Shown here piece by piece: positions 59,976-64,000 of a stretch of DNA of 64,000 nt (positions within the stretch are counted from its first letter, which is position 1; each line of letters opens with the position of its first letter). The position numbers and the translations under genes were made by a program. The notes beneath the pieces were generated by a model. The model worked only from the letters and a program-made list of their open reading frames with translations, had not been told where the DNA came from and did no database searches. Origin of the DNA: a virus (taxonomy: Duplodnaviria; Caudoviricetes); IMG/VR virus record IMGVR_UViG_3300033990_000391, positions 379 through 64,378 of that record, one strand, 5' to 3'.

Positions 59976-60052
59976 TAAGGTTCACGGTTGCGGATCCTGC
60001 GGTAGAAGTCGGCAGCAGTGTATCCAGAGGTCGGTATGGGTTCGCGCGCCAT
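59975..60052 (-). pseudogene. Truncated RloB-like partner gene start
   Basis: MAREPIPTSGYTAADFYRRIRNREP* right after the ATPase; RR...REP resembles RloB N-termini. Confidence 0.4.
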
Positions 60053-60058
60053 CGAGCT

Positions 60059-61333
60059 TTAGAAATCCAGACTTCCGACAACAGGCAACGCACCATAACG
60101 TCCCCTCAAATAATCCTGTTCGAGCGAGGCCTCCTTGCGCGGACTGAATTCGACCAGAGAATACAAATGCGACGCCTGTTGACGGTTCTCTTCTATGAAC
60201 CATACCTGGTCACGACGCAACAGATGTGGATCCAGCAGGCTCGTATCGTGCGTGGTGGCGATAAGCTGAGCGTTCTGTGGATTGGTCCGGCTGTTGTTAA
60301 AGCGCCCGATCAAGTGTCGGCAAATCAGCGGATGCAGACTACGATCGAGCTCATCTACCACGAGCACGCGGCGCTTTCTCATAACATCAAGCCACGGCCC
60401 GGCCAAGGCGAAAAGCTTTTGCGTTCCTGATGATTCTTCTGCCAGCGGGAGTTCGAGTTCGGAAAGTCCGTCCCGTGAACGATGACGAAAGCGAACCAGC
60501 ATCGCCTCGTCTTCCGTGGTTTTTGTCTCTTTCGCTCCACTCACAAGATCAAAAGCGATAGTCACCTTTTTTACGGGTTGCTTGTCCAAAGAAACGCCCG
60601 TAATCGAGATGTCGGCATCGCGGAAAAACGAAATGATGTCGGCTTTATCATTATCCGTGGTGCACATTCCCAGCGTGTGTCCCAGCATGATGAGCGCATT
60701 GTCGGGAATAATGGCAAGTCGATTCTGGAACCAGATGAAAACCGGCCGAAGCTGCTCATTATTGAACAGGACGGCGGTCGAGAGAAACAGGCCATTGGCA
60801 CGCGTCTTATCGCGCAAATCCTCCTTGCGGCCAACAAACGATGCGCCCCAGTCCCATTGATACTTGCCGGTTTCGGGTTCGTATTCACGCTGGAAAATCA
60901 GTTTTGCACGCCCTTTCGGCGCGGCGAAGAGCCATTCACTGATAACTCGTTCGGATGTCAGACTGAAACCGTACTGGTATCGGATTTCCCCTTCCCCGCT
61001 TTCCTCCATAATGTTCACTTCAAATCGTGTAGGTTGATCGTGTGCTTCCGTTCCGAACAGGAATGGTTGCACGTTCAGTTTCTGACCTTCCTGAATTTGC
61101 GTCGCGGAATTCAAAACCATGCCCTGCATGAATTGAAGTGCGCGCACGAGATTGGTCTTGCCCCCGGCGTTTGGGCCATATACGATGGCCGAACGTAGCA
61201 GTCGCAGTGCGACTGTCGAACCCGATGCAAAAAGGTTGGTGGTCTCGTGCTCCTTGCCTGAGACGGCGACCATGCTAAGGGTCTGGGTTTCGTGAAAAGA
61301 GCGGTAGTTGGTGAGTCTGAAATCAATAAGCAT
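60059..61333 (-). CDS. AAA_21-family (RloA-like) ABC ATPase
   Basis: NYRSF, YGPNAGGKTN, ESSGT, VVDELD.SLHP, TTHD, RRDQVWF, Y..GRYGALP; GGAG RBS at the ATG at 61333. Confidence 0.9.
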   Translation of the reverse strand: MLIDFRLTNYRSFHETQTLSMVAVSGKEHETTNLFASGSTVALRLLRSAIVYGPNAGGKTNLVRALQFMQGMVLNSATQIQEGQKLNVQPFLFGTEAHDQPTRFEVNIMEESGEGEIRYQYGFSLTSERVISEWLFAAPKGRAKLIFQREYEPETGKYQWDWGASFVGRKEDLRDKTRANGLFLSTAVLFNNEQLRPVFIWFQNRLAIIPDNALIMLGHTLGMCTTDNDKADIISFFRDADISITGVSLDKQPVKKVTIAFDLVSGAKETKTTEDEAMLVRFRHRSRDGLSELELPLAEESSGTQKLFALAGPWLDVMRKRRVLVVDELDRSLHPLICRHLIGRFNNSRTNPQNAQLIATTHDTSLLDPHLLRRDQVWFIEENRQQASHLYSLVEFSPRKEASLEQDYLRGRYGALPVVGSLDF

Positions 61334-61431
61334 AATGAGCGTCTCCGATGTAGTTGATGCAAAAACAGTATGCACTAGTTGGGAGTGTTTGTCAAGTGTT
61401 CGAAAGTTTAAATTTGTAAGTCATTATATTT

Positions 61432-61923
61432 TCATGGTTTTCCCGGTTCTATCCGTTCGAGCAAATGCACATAGCGTATGATTGCTATGACATAGGGAAA
61501 ATGGGAGACTTCCCATGGGGTCAGACTGCGTGCAAAGGAGGGTCCGGCGTTATAGCAAACCAATCCCCTTTTCCATGATTTCATCCACACCATGCAGAGG
61601 GATAAATAGCGGGTTCCGAGAGAGATATTCAGACCGTCGTCGGTCGCCAGCAAACGCCATTCGGAGATAGGAAAATCAGGAAAAATCCGGCGGGTTGCGC
61701 CCAGGCTGACCTGCATACATCCCAGGCTCTTGCCGTCATCACCGTAGCGATGCCTGCAATTGGACGATTCTTCAATGATGACGGCCTGCGCGGTATAACA
61801 GAGATGGTCTGGCGAGGCTATTTTACAGGCGAAGTTTCCTTGCCACATGTGCAGAAGTTGGTGCACCAAAAATATGTAAATCATCAGGTTGAGAAGTATA
61901 GCACAAACGGCTTGATTTTTCAA
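61432..61923 (-). CDS. Lytic transglycosylase (SLT domain) with N-terminal TM
   Basis: EESS, SLGCMQV, NI..G..YL, YNAGP. Start uncertain. Confidence 0.85.
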   Translation of the reverse strand: MKNQAVCAILLNLMIYIFLVHQLLHMWQGNFACKIASPDHLCYTAQAVIIEESSNCRHRYGDDGKSLGCMQVSLGATRRIFPDFPISEWRLLATDDGLNISLGTRYLSLCMVWMKSWKRGLVCYNAGPSFARSLTPWEVSHFPYVIAIIRYVHLLERIEPGKP

Positions 61924-61940
61924 GTCATCTGAAATATAAT
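61912..61940 (+). promoter_or_regulatory. sigma70-type promoter
   Basis: TTGATT, 17 bp spacer, TATAAT. Confidence 0.6.
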
Positions 61941-61949
61941 GAAATTCAA

Positions 61950-61965
61950 TGTTTCACATGGAACA
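61950..61965. promoter_or_regulatory. parS-like site
   Basis: TGTTTCACATGGAACA; one substitution from the TGTTTCACGTGGAACA variant. Confidence 0.45.
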
Positions 61966-61969
61966 TACC

Positions 61970-62467
61970 ATGTCTCAAAGATTAGCGGTCCCACAGTTTG
62001 CTTCCGGTACGGTCAAGAAGGTTTATTGTGATATGGATGGCGTTCTCGCCGATCTGGCGGGGTATGCGCGCAACAATTGGGGAGTGGAAATTCGTTTCGA
62101 TGTTCCGGGATGCATATCCAAAAAGGAATTTTGGAAATTGGTGTGGGAAGATTATGCCGTGGGGAAACCGACCTTCAGGAAAGTGGGTAAAACTCCGTGG
62201 GCCAAACAGGTATGGAATCATGTATTGCTCTGGGATCCCGATCCGGTTTTGTTGTCAGTGGGTGCAAAAGGAGAATTGCAGGATGTGGTAGCAAAAAACA
62301 AATTTGATTGGGTGCGGGAAAACCTGGGAGACTTTCCCCTCGTATTGGTAGACAGTTATAAACATAAGGCAGACTATGCTGGTTCCGGAGTATTATTGGT
62401 GGACGACAATGCCACAACCTGCGCGTTATTCGAGAAAGCGGGCGGAATGACGTGGAAAATAGGGTAA
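61970..62467 (+). CDS. HAD-family 5'(3')-deoxyribonucleotidase
   Basis: YCDMDGVLAD, K..W, K..YA...LVDD, F.KAGG. Start uncertain (61949 or 61970). Confidence 0.85.
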   Translation: MSQRLAVPQFASGTVKKVYCDMDGVLADLAGYARNNWGVEIRFDVPGCISKKEFWKLVWEDYAVGKPTFRKVGKTPWAKQVWNHVLLWDPDPVLLSVGAKGELQDVVAKNKFDWVRENLGDFPLVLVDSYKHKADYAGSGVLLVDDNATTCALFEKAGGMTWKIG

Positions 62468-62489
62468 TATTTAATTTTGGGAGTATTTT

Positions 62490-64000
62490 ATGTCTAGCGG
62501 CGTAACAATTATACAGGCTACCGTTCCATCCAGTGGGTGGTATACCGTTGCAACCAACGACAACAGCGTTTCGGCATCCTATCAAGCGACATTTACTTGC
62601 GTGGTTTCGGTCCTTTCCGGAGGAACACCGGGAAACCAGACCTTCAATGTATCGGTCGATGCAACCGGCGGGAACGGATCGCTGGTGCTGATTTATGGCA
62701 CGTTGGGATTACCCATCACACAAGCCAGAATCAGGACATCCGGTACATCTACTACAAATCTGGATATTTATGTCAATACCACGACTTCCGTCGATCTCCA
62801 GATAGGGACCGGACCGGTCTTGGGAGATTGGAACGGAGTGGATGCGATTGCAGCAACGGCAGCGGCTGCCGGAACTGTTATCGGTACACTCGACATGGAT
62901 CCGGGATCTACCGGAACGAGTACGATTCTGTATGCAGCACAGCCACAATCGGGAATCAACCTGGCGGGGTATGCATTGTTATCGGGTAACAATACATTTT
63001 CGGGTACGAATAACTTTGACGAGACTACAAACGCGAATGCAAACGCAGCTGCCAATGCTGTTTTTATGAACGTCGGTATGGCTCTTAATTCCACCTCCCA
63101 AATACAATTTCAAGGCGTTACGGGAGCAAACTATCCAGACCGTATTTGGTGGGTAAGGGATAATAACCAGGGATATGCCTTTGAAGTTTATAATCTTATT
63201 AGCAACGGCTTTTTGTTTGGTGTAACTGATGCAGGAGATGTTCAATTTTTTAATACTGCTACTATCTCTGGAGATGTCACATTCTCAGGCAATTATACGT
63301 TCACAGGTATCAATACATTCACACTCCCGAATACGTTCTCAGGCAATAATACGTTCTCAGGCAATAATACTTTCACGTCTTTCAATGATTTTGATGGGAC
63401 TATAAACGCGAATGCAAATGCAGCCGCTAATAATGTCTTTATGAACGTAGGTATGGCTCTTAATTCCACTTCCCAAATACAATTTGCGGGTGCTACTGGA
63501 TCAAACTTTGAAGACCGTATTTGGTGGGTCCTAGATAATAACCAGGGATATGCCTTTGAAGTTTATGATCTTAGTACCGCCACCCCTTTGTTTTATGTGA
63601 CCATGGCAGGAGATGTCACTTTTGCTGGCACGCTGACCACTTCGGGTACAAATACATTTTCAGGAAACAACACATTCTCAGGAAACAATACATTCTCAGG
63701 TACGAATACCTTCGCCACTATCGCTGGAGATGTCACATTCTCAGGTGCTGATACGTTCTCAGGTAACAATACATTCTCAGGTACGAATACCTTCGCCACT
63801 ATCGCTGGAGATGTCACATTCTCAGGTGCTGATACATTCTCAGGAAACAACACATTCTCAGGTACGAATACTTTTGCCACTATCGCTGGAGATGTCACAT
63901 TCTCGGGTAACAACACGTTTACGAACATCAATAACTTTAATGATTATTTATATGTGAATGCGACCGGGGCTGCCGCAAAGATTTTTATGGTCGTTAATAT
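62490..64000 (+). CDS. Tail fibre/adhesin-like protein (runs off the window end)
   Basis: Frame open from ATG at 62490 (GGAG RBS); NTFSG repeats, duplicated ~75-aa domain, 81-nt tandem repeats. Confidence 0.85.
   Translation, partial: MSSGVTIIQATVPSSGWYTVATNDNSVSASYQATFTCVVSVLSGGTPGNQTFNVSVDATGGNGSLVLIYGTLGLPITQARIRTSGTSTTNLDIYVNTTTSVDLQIGTGPVLGDWNGVDAIAATAAAAGTVIGTLDMDPGSTGTSTILYAAQPQSGINLAGYALLSGNNTFSGTNNFDETTNANANAAANAVFMNVGMALNSTSQIQFQGVTGANYPDRIWWVRDNNQGYAFEVYNLISNGFLFGVTDAGDVQFFNTATISGDVTFSGNYTFTGINTFTLPNTFSGNNTFSGNNTFTSFNDFDGTINANANAAANNVFMNVGMALNSTSQIQFAGATGSNFEDRIWWVLDNNQGYAFEVYDLSTATPLFYVTMAGDVTFAGTLTTSGTNTFSGNNTFSGNNTFSGTNTFATIAGDVTFSGADTFSGNNTFSGTNTFATIAGDVTFSGADTFSGNNTFSGTNTFATIAGDVTFSGNNTFTNINNFNDYLYVNATGAAAKIFMVVN

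Noticed and set aside
63020-63620. Diversity-generating retroelement TR/VR pair in the fibre gene
   Set aside because: Differences are not adenine-specific, both copies are in one ORF, and no reverse transcriptase is seen.

Overview
The window is a fragment of a tailed dsDNA phage genome with a contractile tail; no host housekeeping genes are present. From 1 to 13.2 kb (+) lies a replication/recombination block: adenine MTase end, SNF2 helicase, primase, family A polymerase, UvsY-like protein, gp32-like SSB, RecA, resolvase and SbcDC, followed by accessory genes. From 13.3 to 41.6 kb (-) lies a virion module (fibres, baseplate, tape measure, chaperones, tube, sheath, neck, capsid, scaffold, protease) whose gene order resembles SPO1/Twort-like myoviruses. 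That module is interrupted by an IS607-type tnpB element and a + strand holin/spanin cassette. From 41.6 to 49.3 kb (+) are a large glycosyltransferase, a phosphoesterase, a methyltransferase, an ankyrin-like protein and an endolysin. From 49.4 to 57.7 kb is a repeat-rich early-type region built from recurring promoter, hairpin-RBS and simple-sequence modules that drive paralogous repeat proteins. From 57.8 to 59.3 kb is a highly structured stretch with no credible ORF (candidate large ncRNA), next to a complete tmRNA, defence-island remnants and a second fibre gene running off the window. Spanins and the tmRNA tag point to a Gram-negative, probably proteobacterial, host. The best novelty candidates are the ~1 kb structured RNA, the promoter-linked hexamer arrays with their cassette architecture, and a promoter-driven tnpB 3' remnant. 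All family assignments come from motif recognition by eye; no searches were run.
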